From: an uncultured Gemmataceae bacterium
GTDB taxonomy: Bacteria; Planctomycetota; Planctomycetia; Gemmatales; Gemmataceae
Length of the DNA stretch: 64,000 nt
Assembly (NCBI GenBank): GCA_963750165.1
Contig: CAVVPN010000011.1
Location: forward strand, 1,024,001 to 1,088,000
Direction of reading: 5' to 3'
Shown here: in pieces, positions 38,471-50,049 of the stretch
How the letters are laid out: every line of letters starts with the position of its first letter
Position numbering within the stretch: the first letter of the stretch is position 1
Translations under genes and position numbers: made by a program
Notes under the pieces: model-generated
The model's database searches: none
What the model saw: only the letters and a program-made list of their open reading frames with translations
What the model was told of the DNA's origin: nothing

Positions 38471-39088
38471 ATGGTAGAGAAGTCTGCGCCATCCTGGACC
38501 AACGTGAGCCTGCTGGGCAAGCTGCGCCGCGACCCAGACGACCAGCAAGCCTGGCGCGAATTCGTCGAGCGCTACGGGCCGAAGATTTTTCAGTGGTGCC
38601 GCCAGTGGCACCTGCAGGAGGCGGACGCTCACGACGTCACGCAGACGGTGCTGGTCAAGCTGACGCGGACGCTGGGGACGTTCGAGTACGACCCGAAGCA
38701 GCGGTTCCGGGCGTGGCTGAAGACGCTCACGAACCACGCCCTGAGCGACTTTTTGGCGTCGCGGCGCCGCCCCGGCCTGGGCAGCGGCGACAGCCAGATC
38801 TTGCAGGTGCTCGACGGCCTGGAGGCGCGCGACGACCTGGTGCGCCACCTGGCCGAGGAGTTCGACCGGGAGTTGCTGGAGGAGGCGCTGCGGCGCGTGC
38901 GGGCGAAGGTGGCGCCGCACCACTGGGAGGCGTTTCGGCTGACCGCCCTGGAGGGGTTGGCGGGCGCCGAGGCGGCGGAGCGGTTGGGCATGAAGGTCGC
39001 CACCCTGTTCACCACCAAGAGCAAGGTGCAGAAGCTCGTGCAGGAAGAGGTCCGCGCCCTGGAGGGGGAGGCGGCGGAAAGCAGTTAG
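38471..39088 (+). CDS. ECF sigma factor (kinase-associated planctomycete type)
   Basis: SLLGKLR...AWREFVERYGP...DAHDVTQT...FEYDP..RFRAWLKT; sigma4 HTH AEAAERLGM. Confidence 0.9.
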   Translation: MVEKSAPSWTNVSLLGKLRRDPDDQQAWREFVERYGPKIFQWCRQWHLQEADAHDVTQTVLVKLTRTLGTFEYDPKQRFRAWLKTLTNHALSDFLASRRRPGLGSGDSQILQVLDGLEARDDLVRHLAEEFDRELLEEALRRVRAKVAPHHWEAFRLTALEGLAGAEAAERLGMKVATLFTTKSKVQKLVQEEVRALEGEAAESS

Positions 39089-39130
39089 ACACCGGCCCGG
39101 TGGCGCCGCCGGGCCGTCGAGGACCAAGCC

Positions 39131-42100
39131 ATGAACCGTTGCCCGTCGCGGGAACAACTAATGCACCTGCTGGAAGACCGCCTGGACGCCGGCGCCCGGC
39201 GCTGGGTCGAGGAACACGTGGAGCGGTGCGCCCCCTGCCAGCAAGCTTTGGAACGTCTGACCGAGGCGGGTAACCCGGCATCCGGTCTGGCCCTGACGCC
39301 GGACCCGGGCCGCCCGTCGGATTCGACCGACCCGACGTTGAATCATTTCCTGGCCAAATTGCTCGACCAGCCGGTCACCCCGGAGCCCGGGACCGGACGG
39401 CAGCCGGGCCGCGACCGTGCGGCGGCGCAGGCCTTGCCCGTGGTGCCGGGGTATGAGGTGCTGGGGCTGTTGGGGCGCGGCGGCATGGGGGTGGTGTACA
39501 ACGCCCGGCACCAGCGGTTGCGGCGGCGCGTGGCGCTGAAGATGATCGCGGGCCACACCAACGACGCGCAATACCTGGCCCGCTTCCGCGCCGAGGCGGA
39601 GGCGGTCGCGCGGCTGCAACACCCCAACATCATCCAGATCTTCGACGTCGGCGAAGCCGAGGGGCAGCCGTACCTGGCGCTGGAACTGGCCGAGGGCGGC
39701 AGCCTGGAGGAGGCGGCGGACGCCGGCCGCTGGCCGGTGGCGCGGGCCGAAGGGCAGCGCGCGGTGGCGCAGCTGGTGGCCCAGGTGGCGCGGGCGGTTC
39801 ACCACGCCCACGAGCGGGGCATCGTCCACCGCGACCTCAAGCCCGCCAACGTCCTGCTGGCCAACGACGGCACGCCCAAGGTCACCGACTTCGGCCTCGC
39901 CAAACACCTCGACGCCGCCCCGGGCACGTCGCCGGCGGCCCACCTGACCGAGGTGGGCGTCATCGTCGGCAGCCCCGGCTACCTGGCGCCCGAACAGGTC
40001 GAGGCCCACGGCGCCGAGGTCGGTCCCGCCGCGGACACGTACGCCCTGGGCGCCATCCTCTTCGACCTGTTGACCGGGCGGCCGCCGTTCCTGGGGGGCA
40101 CGCCGGTGGAGACCGTCCTGCAAACGCTGTCGCGCGAGCCGGTGTCGCCGGCGCGGCTGCAGCCGGGCCTGGCGCGCGACCTGGAAACCATCTGCCTGCA
40201 GTGCCTGCGCAAGGAGCCGGCCCGGCGCTACGCCAGTGCCGCCGCGCTCGCCGACGACCTGGACCGCTTCCGGGCCGGCGAGCCGGTGCGGGCGCGGCCG
40301 ACGCCGCTGGCCGTGCGCGCCTGGAAGTGGGCGCGGCGGCGGCCGGCCGTGGCCGCGCTGGCGGCGCTGAGCGCGTTCCTGTTCGTGGCCGGCCTGGCGC
40401 TGGGGACGTGGCAGTGGGCGCGGGCCGAGGCGCGGGCCGTGGACGAGGCCGTGGCCCGCGGCAACGCCGAGCAGGCGCAACGGGACGCGCTGGCGGCGCA
40501 ACAGGAGGCCGAGGACGGCAAGCGCCGCGCCCAGGAGGAGAAGCGCAAGGCGGAGGCCGCCCTGGTGCGCATGACCCTGGACCAGGGCGTGGCGCTGTGC
40601 GAGCGCGGCGAGGTGGGGCCGGGCCTGCTGTGGCTGGCGAAGGCCCTGCGCCTGGCCGAGGCGGGGGTCGGCGGCGACGACCTCGCCGCGCTGGCGTCGG
40701 TCCTGCGCACGAATCTGGCCGCCTGGCGGCCGCGGTTGCTCCACTCCCGCACCGCCCACCACCACCTCACTTCGGTCAACGCCGTGGCCTTCCACCCCGA
40801 CGGCCGCACCCTGCTGGTCGGGACGTGGGGCAACACCAACAACAAGCGCGGGCCGGGCCGGGCATTTTTGTGGGACCCGGACCAACGCCGGCTGACCGGC
40901 CCCACCCTGGACCACGAGGGGGCGGCGGTGCTGTGCGCCGCCCTCAGTCCCGACGGCAAGTACGCCCTCACGGGCAGCGCGTCGAACCTGGCGTTGCCGG
41001 GCGGCCTGGACCGGCGCGAGTCCGTTGACGGTGGCCAGGCTGTGGGACGTGACGACGGGGGCGCTGGTGGGCGAGGCGCTGCCGCACGGCGGCCCGGTCA
41101 TGGCGGTGGCGTACAGTCCCAACGGCAACACCTTCGCCACGGCCTGCCTGGACGGCACCGCCCGCCTGTGGGACGCGGCCACGCGGCAGCCGCTCGGGCA
41201 GCCGATGGTTCACAAGGGAGGGGCGCTCGCGCTGGCCTTCAGCCCGGACGGCAAGGCGCTGGTGACCGGCGGCAGCGACCGCACGGCCCGGCGCTGGGAG
41301 GTGCCGACCGGCCAGCCGGCGGGGAGGGCGTTGCACCACGGCGGGGCGGTCACGGCCGTCGCGTTCAGCCCGGACGGCAGCCAGTTGTTGACCGGCAGCA
41401 GCGACCTGACGGCCCAGCTGTGGGACGCCGCCACGGGCCGGCGGCTGGGCCTGCCGCTGGCGCACCCCGCGCCGCTGCGGGCCGTGGCGTTCGCCCCCGA
41501 CGGGCAGTTCGTCGCCACCGCCGACGCGCGCGACAAGGTGTGGCTCTGGGAGGCCGCGTCGGGCCGGCTGGTCGCCGCGCCGCTGGCCCACGAAGGCCCG
41601 GTGCCGGCGGTGGCGTTCAGCCGCGACGGCACGGTGCTGGCGACCGCCAGCTTCGACGGCCAGACGCGCACCTGGGACGCCCCCCGCAGCCCGGGCCTGG
41701 GCGTCCTGCTCCGGGACGCCCCCGCCCCCCCGCCGGCCGGCCGGGTGGCGCCCGAACACCAGAACTGCCTCTTCCTGATGAGCCGCGACGGCAAAATCCT
41801 CTTCACCCGGGGACAGAACACGGTGCGCCGCTGGGACACGATCACGGGCGCCCTGCTGGGGGAGTTGCCGCAACACGCCGGGCCGCTCCGGGTGGCGATC
41901 AGCCCGGACGGCGCCACGATTGCGACCGGCGGCGCGGACGGCACCACCCGGTTGTGGGACGCGGCGACCGGCGCGTTGCGGCACGAGTTGCCGAAGGAGC
42001 CTTACGGGATCTTGAGCTTAGCGTTCAGCCCGAACGGCGACCGGCTGGCGGTGACCTCCGCGGACACGGCCCCCGACGACAACACGTTCCTGTGGGAGGT

Positions 42101-42764
42101 GGCTCCGCCGCGGCGCCTGGGGGACAAGCTGGAGCGGAGTCGCGGCGTCTTCACCCTGGCCTTCAGTCCCGCCGGCCGGCTGTTGACGGGCGAAAGTAAG
42201 GGCAAGGTGTATTTCTGGGACGCGGGCACCGGCAAGCGTGTGGGGCCGGGGCTGCACCACCAGGGGGGCGTGTGGGCGGCGGCGTTCAACACGGCCGGCG
42301 ACCGGGTCGTGACGGGCAGCGAGGACCGGACGGCGCTGGTGTGGGACACGGCCACGGGCAAGGCGCTGACGCACCCATTGCGGCACCAGGGGGCGGTGCG
42401 GGCGGTGGCGTTCAGCCCGGACGGCAAGACCGTGTTGACGGGCGGGCGGGACCGGGTGGCGCGGCTGTGGGACGCGGCGACGGGGGTGCCGCTCGGCCCG
42501 GCCTGGCAGCACCTGGACGACGTGCTGGGGGTGTTTTATGAGCCGGCCGGCAAGACCGCCTTGACGGGCTGCGGCGACGGCGCTGTCCGCCGCTGGCAGT
42601 TGCCGGCCCCGTTGACCGGCTCGCCGGAGCGGGTGGCGACGTGGGTGGAGTTGTTGACCGGGCATGAGCTGGACGCCAATGGGACCGTCCGCGACCTGGA
42701 CGAGGAGCAACGCCAGACGCGCCGCGAACGGTTGGCGGCCCTGGGTGGTCCACCGGGCCTGTAA
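39131..42764 (+). CDS. Ser/Thr protein kinase with N-terminal HxxxCxxC motif, TM helix and WD40 repeats (frameshift near 41000)
   Basis: [35 protein letters not shown]; hydrophobic segment; many [18 protein letters not shown] repeats. Confidence 0.9.
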
Positions 42765-43223
42765 CAGCAACCAGACCAACCGCTGTTGAGAGCAGGCGAT
42801 CGGCGGCTCCGTGCGGGGCGAACGGGTGGCCGGCCAGGCCGAGCGCCAACCGCCCTCGGCGCGGCCGCAGCGTGGCGACAGTAGGCACCAATCCAATGCT
42901 ATCAGGCGCCGAAGGGGGCACCGAACAGTGTACCGCCAGCCGGTCAAGGAACCATTGCGATTCGCCAACGGTCGGTCGCGATCGAGGCCGCTCGGAGCGC
43001 ACCGACGTCGTCGGACTGCCGCCCGGTTCCGTCTCACCGGGCGTAAGACTGCTGCTGTATCGCCGCCAGGACGCGCTGCCTCCCGCAGACCCGATGAGAA
43101 TGCCAGGCTTCGGACGTACACTTGGCCGGACAAACCATTCGTATTCAGTACGGCTAACCTGCTCCGGTCCGCCCCACCGAATGCAATCTGGCTCGCGATG
43201 GTGCGCTCTCCGGTCACATCGGC

Positions 43224-44761
43224 GAATGGCACTTAGTTCTTTCTAATGCCTTTGCGCATCTCCTGTTTGGTCTCGCGCCTCGGTTTTCGGAGGAAGCCGT
43301 AGTGCTTGGGCCGCCGTTTCCGTTGCCGCGGCTCATACCGGTCCGGCCGGTCCGCGACGCGATGACTGGCAATGGCCGCGAGGATCTGCTGGTAGAGTTC
43401 CCTGCGCAGGGCGGCGTCCTGCTCGCCCCGGAGTGCCAGCACGGGTTGGAACGCCGCCAACGTTTGCAGGGCGCCCTTGAAGCTGATCGACCTCGGTTCG
43501 AGGCCGTGCGCGCTCGCCGCCTGGGCCATGACCGTGCGGACCAAGTTGTAGGCCAGGAGGTGCGCCCAGATCTCCTTGCGCACCATCTCCGGCGTCTTGC
43601 ACCGCAGGACGCGCATCTGCATCGTCTCTTTCAGGGATCTCAGATCAAGTTCGGCATTCCAGCGCGCACGGTAGAGCTGCCCCAGGTCCTCCTTGGTAAT
43701 CTCTGCCGGGTCCAGCAGCGTCGTGGCCACGATGAGGGTGGTGATGCGGAAGCCCGGCTGCTCGACCTGCACCCGGCACTCCCGGACGGTCAGGGACTCG
43801 GGCAGCATCGCGTACGCGGCGCGATCGATGGTGCGGGGCTTGGGCGGCTTGGGCCACACGACGACGTGGTCGCCTTTCCCCAGGCGCCGGCCGCGGCGGA
43901 AGTCCGCCCGGCGGTGCGACGAGAAGCGGCAGACGCTGTCGACGCCGCGCTCCTTGAGCAGGACCATCTCCGTCCAGGCGCACAGCAGCCGGTCGGCGAG
44001 CACGACGTCCCCAGGTCGGAACAGGTCCAGCAGGGTGCGCAGCATGCCCAGTTCGCTCTGCCCCTTGCCCGCGTAGCGGCACAGGGCCAGGTCAAGGACC
44101 GCGCCGCAGGCCAGCGAGAAGACGGCGGCGATCCGCGCCAGCGGGAAGCCCAGGCCGGGCTTCTGCGTGCCGGGCTGCGGGTAGTCGCGCTGGTTCGCCG
44201 GTGTATCGGGCATCGACGCCGACGAGCCGTCGTAGACGTGGACGCGGCGGCGCTTCCACAGCCACTGCGGCTCGACGGCGGCGTCCAGGGCGCGCCCCGT
44301 CTGGCGGGCCACGTCGGCGACGAACGCTTCCGGCAGGCGCTGGCGGGCCTGGCAGTAGGCGCCGGTCTGGGCCGAGCAAGGGCTTTGCCCCCGGGCGAGG
44401 CGGTGGGCCAGCAGGCGCGCGACGGCGGCGCGGCAGGAGTGGTCGGCGCTGAGGACCTGGCCCAGGAAGACCCAGAGCGTGACCAGCGGGGAAAAGATCC
44501 GGTCCAGCCAGCCGGTGAGGGTGGCCAGCGCCTGGGCGATGACCCCTTCGGTGAGGACGTCGGTGAACGGCAGGTCGCCGTCCTGGAGGAATTGCCGCCT
44601 CAGGAAGTTCGCCTGAGCGCGGAAGGGCCTTGGTTTACAATGGCGCATCGCGGGCCTCCTTGGCGGGGATGGGATGGTTGCCAAACTCCATCTTCCCAAG
44701 CGAGGCCCGCTTTGCCTATGTCACCTTCTCCTTTCGGCTTACGGAGATCTATGTGCCATTC
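43224..44761 (-). mobile_element. IS4-family element, copy 1 (transposase 44648-43233)
   Basis: Ends GAATGGCAC...GTGCCATTC; DDE motifs YDGS, LADR and Y..RW..E..LR..K. Confidence 0.9.
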
Positions 44762-44837
44762 GTCGATGTGACCGGCGAGCGCAACAGCGAGGGCCAAACT
44801 GCATGCGGTGGGGCGGACCGAAGTGCGCAACGTCTTC

Positions 44838-44910
44838 GTCGGTCTGGCGACCACCCATCCCAGCCGGAGGTGCCTGGCCTTGTAGATCACCCCTATGCCG
44901 CCTCGGCGGT
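44838..44910 (-). pseudogene. Short degenerate Ser/Thr kinase subdomain I-II fragment
   Basis: RGGIGVIYKARHLRLGWVVA resembles [21 protein letters not shown]. Confidence 0.5.
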
Positions 44911-44958
44911 GGTCAGCCTTTCCCGCCGACCGCCATCTTTTTGCCTTCCTGTCCGGGC

Positions 44959-47900
44959 TCAGTTCTTCTGGCCCTTGGCTTCTTTCAGATGCTCGCGCAC
45001 AGTCAGGGTGAAGGCGCCGCTGTCCGCGTTGAAGGAACTGGCCCGAATACGGTAGGTGCCGTCCTGCGCGGCGCGGAAGACGATGCGGGCGTTGCGGCCG
45101 CCGCCCGAGTCGTCGTCCTCCGCCAGCTTCTTGCCCGTGGCGTCATGGAGGTACAGGTACGGGTTGAGGGCTTTCTGGTCGGGGCTGACCATGTCGATGA
45201 CGTAGGTCTTGCCGGCCGCGAATTTCACCTGGTAGGCGAGCGCCGGGGTCTGGGCATCCAGCTGGCCCTTGAGCTCCAGACCGGCGCCGACCTCGTGAAC
45301 CGGGCCGACGAGCTTGCCGGTGTACCGCTGCTGCTCCATGCGCCACCTGGCCGCTTCGTCCTTCTTGCCCATCGCCTCATAGAGTTGCACGAGCCGCTGG
45401 GCGGCCTCGGGCAGCCAAACTTTGCCTGGCAGCGGGATCGTCTTCTCGCGCTGCTTCATCCCCTCGTAGCCCTTCAGCAGCAGCGGTTCGGCCTCGGCGT
45501 ACTTCTGCTGGCCCACCAGCGCTGCGCCGAGCAGCGACTGCATGTTGAACGTCGTCCAGGCGTCGGGCTGGGTCTTCTCACGGATGGTCAGGCACTCGCG
45601 GAGCAATGGGTCGGCCTCGGCCCATTTTTGCTGCTCCAGCAGGGCCAGGCCGATCGGGGCGAGCTGGCCAGCCAGTTGGGGGCTGTCCTTGGGCAGCGCT
45701 TTGCGGATCTCGTGCAACTGTTCCGAGACCAAGTTGGCCAACTTGGCGTTCTCGCCGGCCTTCGCGTAGGCGAGGAGCAAATGCTCGCCTGCAAAGCGCA
45801 GATTCGGGTATTGCTTGGCGCCCCGGTAGGCCTCTTCGAGCAGCGGCATGGCTTCCTGGAGACGGCCCGCGTCCTTGTAGTTGACCCCCAGTTTGGCCAC
45901 GGTCAGGAGCGTGTCGGCGTGCTGCCTGCCCAGCCTCTTCTCCTGAAGTTGCAGAGTCCTTTCAAAGAGCGGGATCGACTGATCCAGGCGTTTCAGCCAC
46001 CAGTACGCTGCCGCCAGGTTGTTCATGGTGCTGAGCGTATCGGGATGATCGGGGTCGAGCTTCGCCTGCCGGAGCTTGAGCGTCTGCTCGAACAGCGGCA
46101 GGGCCAGGTCGAGCTTCCCGGCTGCCTGATAGGCATAGGCGAGGTTGTCCATGCTGAGGAGCGTGTCGGGATGGTCGGGGCCAAGTTTGACGCGGCGGAG
46201 CTTGAGCGTCTCCTGGTAGAGCGGCAGGGCCAGGTTCAGCTTCCGGGCTGCCTTGTACGCCACGGCGAGATTGTTCATGCTGCTGAGCGTGAGGGGATGG
46301 TCGGGGCCGAGTGTGGCCTGGCGGAGCTTGAGCGTCTGCTCGAAGAGCGGCAGGGCCAGGTCCCGCTTGCCGACTTCATGATACGCCACAGCGAGGCCGT
46401 TCATGCTTTGGAGCGTGTCGGCATGCTCGGGGCCGCGTGTGGCTTTCATGAGCTTGAGCGTCTGCTCGAACAGCGGCAGGGCCAGGTCGAGCTTCCCGGC
46501 TGCCCGATACGCCCCAGCGAGGTTGTTCATGCTGAGGAGCGTGTCGGGATGGTCGGGGCCAAGTTTGACGCGGCGGAGCTTGAGCGTTTGCTCGAACAGC
46601 GACAGGGCCGGGTCTCGCTTGCCGGCATCCAGATACGCCGCAGCGAGGTTGTTCATGCTTTGGAGCGTCTGGGGATGCTCGGGGCCGAGTGTGGCCTGGC
46701 GGAGCTTGAGTGTCTGCTCGAAGAGCGGCAGGGCCAGGTCCCGCTTGCCGGCATCCAGATACGCCGCAGCGAGGTCGTTCATGCTTTGGAGCGTCTGGGG
46801 ATGCTCGGGGCCGAGTCTGGCTTTTTGGCGCTTGAGCGTCTCCTCACCGAGCGGCAGGGCCAGGTCCAGATTCCCGGCTTCCCGATACGCCTCGGCAAGG
46901 TTGTTCATGCTGAGGAGCGTGTCGGGATGCTCGGGGCCGAGTTTTACCTGGCGGCGCTTGAACGTCTCCTCGCAGAGCGACAGGGCCAGGTCCCGCTTCC
47001 CGGCTGCATGATACACCGCCGCGAGGTTGTTCATGGTGGACAGCGTGTCGGGATGGTCAGGGCCGAGTGTGGTTTTTTGGCGCGTGCGCGTCTCCTCGTA
47101 GAGCGGCAGGGCCAGGTCGATCTTCCCAGCTTCATAATACGCCGCAGCGAGGCCGTTCATGCTGCTGAGCGTGAGGGGATGGTCGGGGCCGAGTGTGGCC
47201 TTCATGAGCTTGAGCGTCTGCTCCAGGAGCGGCAGGGCCAGGTCCCGCTTGCCGGCATCATGATACGCCACGGCGAGGTTACCCATGCTGAGGAGCGTGT
47301 CGGGATGCTCGGGGCCGAGTTTGACCTGGCGAAGCGCCAGCGCCCGTTGCAGGTAGCCCAGCGCCCGCTCGAATTCGCCGACCCCGCGGTAGGTATTCCC
47401 CACCGTCTGCAGGATTTCCGCCTGCAAAAGCGGCTGCCGGGGGAAGTTCGTCTCGATCTTCGCCTCGGTGAGTTCCTCGGCGGCCCGGTCGAGCAACTCC
47501 CGGATAGTCGGATTGGCCTTCGCCCGGGCCGCCAGGCCGCCCGCCTGCAGCAGCGCGTTGGCCTGCGTCGTCACGTCCGCCAGGCCGAGCAATTTCTGCA
47601 GCAGGTAGTGCTTGACCGCGACGGCGATCGCCTTTTCGTCCTCGGCCTTCTGCTTTTGGTCTTCCGCGTCCAGCTTCGCCGCCCGTTCCGCCGCGGCGGC
47701 GGTCTCCGCCAAGGTCTTTTTCTCCTCGGCCTCCCGCTTCGCCGCCGCTTCCGCCTTGGCCGCGTCCAGCGCTTTGGCGCGATCGGTCAGGGCCTCCCGT
47801 GTGGCTTGCCGCTGGGCCGCGGCCGACTGCTCCGCCCGGATCAGCCCCCATGTCGTCCCCACGATCCCGGCGAGGAGGGCCAGCAGCACCAGGCCCGCCG

Positions 47901-49158
47901 CGATCACTTGCGGCCGGTGGCGGCGGACGAACTTCCGCAGCCGGTAGGCCGTGCTCGGCGGGTGCGCCAGCACCGGCTCGCCGGCGAGGTAGCGGTTCAC
48001 GTCCGCCGCGAAACCGTTGGCCGTCTCGTAGCGCCGCGTGCGGTCCTTCTCCAGCGCCTTCATCACGATCCAGTCCAGCTCGTTGCGCAACAGGCCCGTC
48101 AGCAGCTTCGGCTCGGTGCCGCGGTTGGCCGACAGCGTCGGCAGGCCGTCGGCCGTGCTCAGCTTCGCACTGGGCCGCGGCGGCTCCTCCTCGCGCACCA
48201 CCCGCAGCATCTCCGGGAGGCCTTTCTTCTCCAGTACCTTCCGCGAAAACGGCGGCGCGCCGGTCAGCAGTTCGTACAGCAGCACCCCCAGCGCATACAC
48301 GTCGGAGCGCGTGTCGATGTCCACGTTGTTGAACGTGGCCTGCTCCGGCGACATGTACTCGGGCGTGCCGACCACGCCGCCGAAGCCGGTGTCGATGGTC
48401 TCTTCGGTCAGCGCCGCGCCGGTCGCCTTGGCCACGCCGAAGTCGATGACCTTCACCATCGGCCGGTCGTCGTAGAGGGCGACCAGCACGTTGGAGGGCT
48501 TGATGTCGCGGTGGATGATGCCTTTCTGGTGCGCGTGCTGAATGGCCTGGCAGACCGACACGAACAGCTCCAGCCGCTGTCTTGGGGTGAGCTTGCAGCG
48601 GTCGCAATACTCGGTGATGGGCACGCCCTTGACCAGTTCCATGACGAAGAACGGCCGGTGTTCGTGCAGGCCCCCGTCGAGCACCTTGGCGATGTTGGGG
48701 TGGTCCATCAGGGCCAGGGCCTGCCGCTCGGCCTCGAAGCGGCTGAGCACTTGCCTGGAGTCCATGCCGGCCTTGATGAGCTTGACGGCGACGAAGCGCT
48801 TGACCGGTTCGGTCTGCCTGGCGCGCCAGACGGCGCCCATGCCCCCCTCGCCGATCCCTTCGACCAGCGCGTACTTGCCGGCGATGACCGTGCCGGCCTG
48901 CACGTTGGTGCCGGGGTAGTCCACGGTCGGGGTGCAGCGGCCGCGCTTTTTCAGCCGCAGCAGCAGGGCGTCGGCCATCTCGGGGGTGGCCTGAGCCGGG
49001 CCCGGAGTAGACAGGCTGCCCGCGAGGAGCTTTTCGAGTCGAGCCTGGCATTCCGCACAGCGCTCGACGTGCCGCGCCAGCGCGGCGTCCTCGCTGGTCT
49101 CCAGACGGTCGTCGAGGAGCTTCTCCAACTGCTCCTGGGGCGGACAGCGCGCGCTCAT
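44959..49158 (-). CDS. Ser/Thr protein kinase with N-terminal HxxxCxxC motif, TM helix, 42-aa TPR array and C-terminal PPC-like domain
   Basis: HVERCAEC; GEGGMGAV, HRDIKPSN, DFGVAK, YMSPEQ; LGP(D/E)HP.TL.SMNNLA repeats; EDDDSGGGRNARI..GTYRI. Confidence 0.92.
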   Translation of the reverse strand: MSARCPPQEQLEKLLDDRLETSEDAALARHVERCAECQARLEKLLAGSLSTPGPAQATPEMADALLLRLKKRGRCTPTVDYPGTNVQAGTVIAGKYALVEGIGEGGMGAVWRARQTEPVKRFVAVKLIKAGMDSRQVLSRFEAERQALALMDHPNIAKVLDGGLHEHRPFFVMELVKGVPITEYCDRCKLTPRQRLELFVSVCQAIQHAHQKGIIHRDIKPSNVLVALYDDRPMVKVIDFGVAKATGAALTEETIDTGFGGVVGTPEYMSPEQATFNNVDIDTRSDVYALGVLLYELLTGAPPFSRKVLEKKGLPEMLRVVREEEPPRPSAKLSTADGLPTLSANRGTEPKLLTGLLRNELDWIVMKALEKDRTRRYETANGFAADVNRYLAGEPVLAHPPSTAYRLRKFVRRHRPQVIAAGLVLLALLAGIVGTTWGLIRAEQSAAAQRQATREALTDRAKALDAAKAEAAAKREAEEKKTLAETAAAAERAAKLDAEDQKQKAEDEKAIAVAVKHYLLQKLLGLADVTTQANALLQAGGLAARAKANPTIRELLDRAAEELTEAKIETNFPRQPLLQAEILQTVGNTYRGVGEFERALGYLQRALALRQVKLGPEHPDTLLSMGNLAVAYHDAGKRDLALPLLEQTLKLMKATLGPDHPLTLSSMNGLAAAYYEAGKIDLALPLYEETRTRQKTTLGPDHPDTLSTMNNLAAVYHAAGKRDLALSLCEETFKRRQVKLGPEHPDTLLSMNNLAEAYREAGNLDLALPLGEETLKRQKARLGPEHPQTLQSMNDLAAAYLDAGKRDLALPLFEQTLKLRQATLGPEHPQTLQSMNNLAAAYLDAGKRDPALSLFEQTLKLRRVKLGPDHPDTLLSMNNLAGAYRAAGKLDLALPLFEQTLKLMKATRGPEHADTLQSMNGLAVAYHEVGKRDLALPLFEQTLKLRQATLGPDHPLTLSSMNNLAVAYKAARKLNLALPLYQETLKLRRVKLGPDHPDTLLSMDNLAYAYQAAGKLDLALPLFEQTLKLRQAKLDPDHPDTLSTMNNLAAAYWWLKRLDQSIPLFERTLQLQEKRLGRQHADTLLTVAKLGVNYKDAGRLQEAMPLLEEAYRGAKQYPNLRFAGEHLLLAYAKAGENAKLANLVSEQLHEIRKALPKDSPQLAGQLAPIGLALLEQQKWAEADPLLRECLTIREKTQPDAWTTFNMQSLLGAALVGQQKYAEAEPLLLKGYEGMKQREKTIPLPGKVWLPEAAQRLVQLYEAMGKKDEAARWRMEQQRYTGKLVGPVHEVGAGLELKGQLDAQTPALAYQVKFAAGKTYVIDMVSPDQKALNPYLYLHDATGKKLAEDDDSGGGRNARIVFRAAQDGTYRIRASSFNADSGAFTLTVREHLKEAKGQKN
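45880..47340 (-). repeat. 126-bp coding tandem repeats (about 11 TPR-like units)
   Basis: Near-identical units such as GAGCGGCAGGGCCAGGTC recur every 126 bp. Confidence 0.85.
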
Positions 49159-49760
49159 GTGCCATCTCCTTCGAGTTTGCGAACCTCTTCCGCCAACATC
49201 TTCTGCACCCGGCACCGCGCCTTGAACACCGCGGCTACTTCCTTGCCGAGTCGAGCTGCCGCCTCGGCGCCGGTCAGCCCCTCCACCGCGGTCAACTGGA
49301 AGGCTTCCCAGCTGCTCGGCTCGACACGCAGGCGGATGCGGACGGTCGCCTCCTCCAGCACTTCACGGTCGAACTGCTCCTCCAGGCGCGCCACCAGGTC
49401 GTCTCGGGCCGGCAGCGTGTGCAAGCGTTCCTCCACCTCGCTGTCGCCGGTCCCCCTCCCGGCGCGCTGCCGCGACTCGACGAAATCGCTCCAGGCGTGG
49501 CGGGTCAGCGTCCTCAGCCAGCCGCGAAAACTTTTCGACGGATCGTAGGTGAACGTCCTCAGCTTGTTGTTTAGTTGGATCAGCACGATCTGCGTGATGT
49601 CCTCGATGTCGGCGTCCTGCAGCCGGGCCTGACGGCACCAGGCCAGGATGAGCCGGCCGTAGCGCTCGACGAACTGTTCCCAGGCCGCCTGATCGCTGGG
49701 CTGCTGCCGCAGCCGGCCCAGCAGCGTCGGGCTGGTCTGTGCGCTGGGAGTGTCGTCCAC
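49155..49760 (-). CDS. ECF sigma factor (kinase-associated), ATGA overlap with the kinase
   Basis: TSPTLLGRLR...AWEQFVERYG...FTYDPSKSFRGWLRT; paralogous to 38471-39088. GTG start at 49760. Confidence 0.9.
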   Translation of the reverse strand: MDDTPSAQTSPTLLGRLRQQPSDQAAWEQFVERYGRLILAWCRQARLQDADIEDITQIVLIQLNNKLRTFTYDPSKSFRGWLRTLTRHAWSDFVESRQRAGRGTGDSEVEERLHTLPARDDLVARLEEQFDREVLEEATVRIRLRVEPSSWEAFQLTAVEGLTGAEAAARLGKEVAAVFKARCRVQKMLAEEVRKLEGDGT

Positions 49761-50049
49761 AGGACTTACGCCTTTCGCGGGCGAAACTGGACACTGCCGG
49801 CCCGACAATTCGCGGATTCCGCCAGGGGGAGCCTTTTCCAAAATATTACGAAATTCTGTGTCCACTTTCCGCTGCTTGTTCCGTACTCACTCCAGTCTCG
49901 GTGGATGACAACGTTCCGCAAAGAAGTCCTGGCCGGCGCTCGGGTGCGAAATCAGCCGCGATTTCCGGCTGAGTTCAGCCTACGGCGGAAACCATTCGCA
50001 ACCTCCTGGCGGAATCTATTGGATTGTGAATCCCCTTTTCGAGGTGTAT

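Noticed and set aside
45880..47340. Diversity-generating retroelement TR/VR pair
   Set aside because: No reverse transcriptase in the window; repeats are tandem coding units and differences are not obviously adenine-specific.
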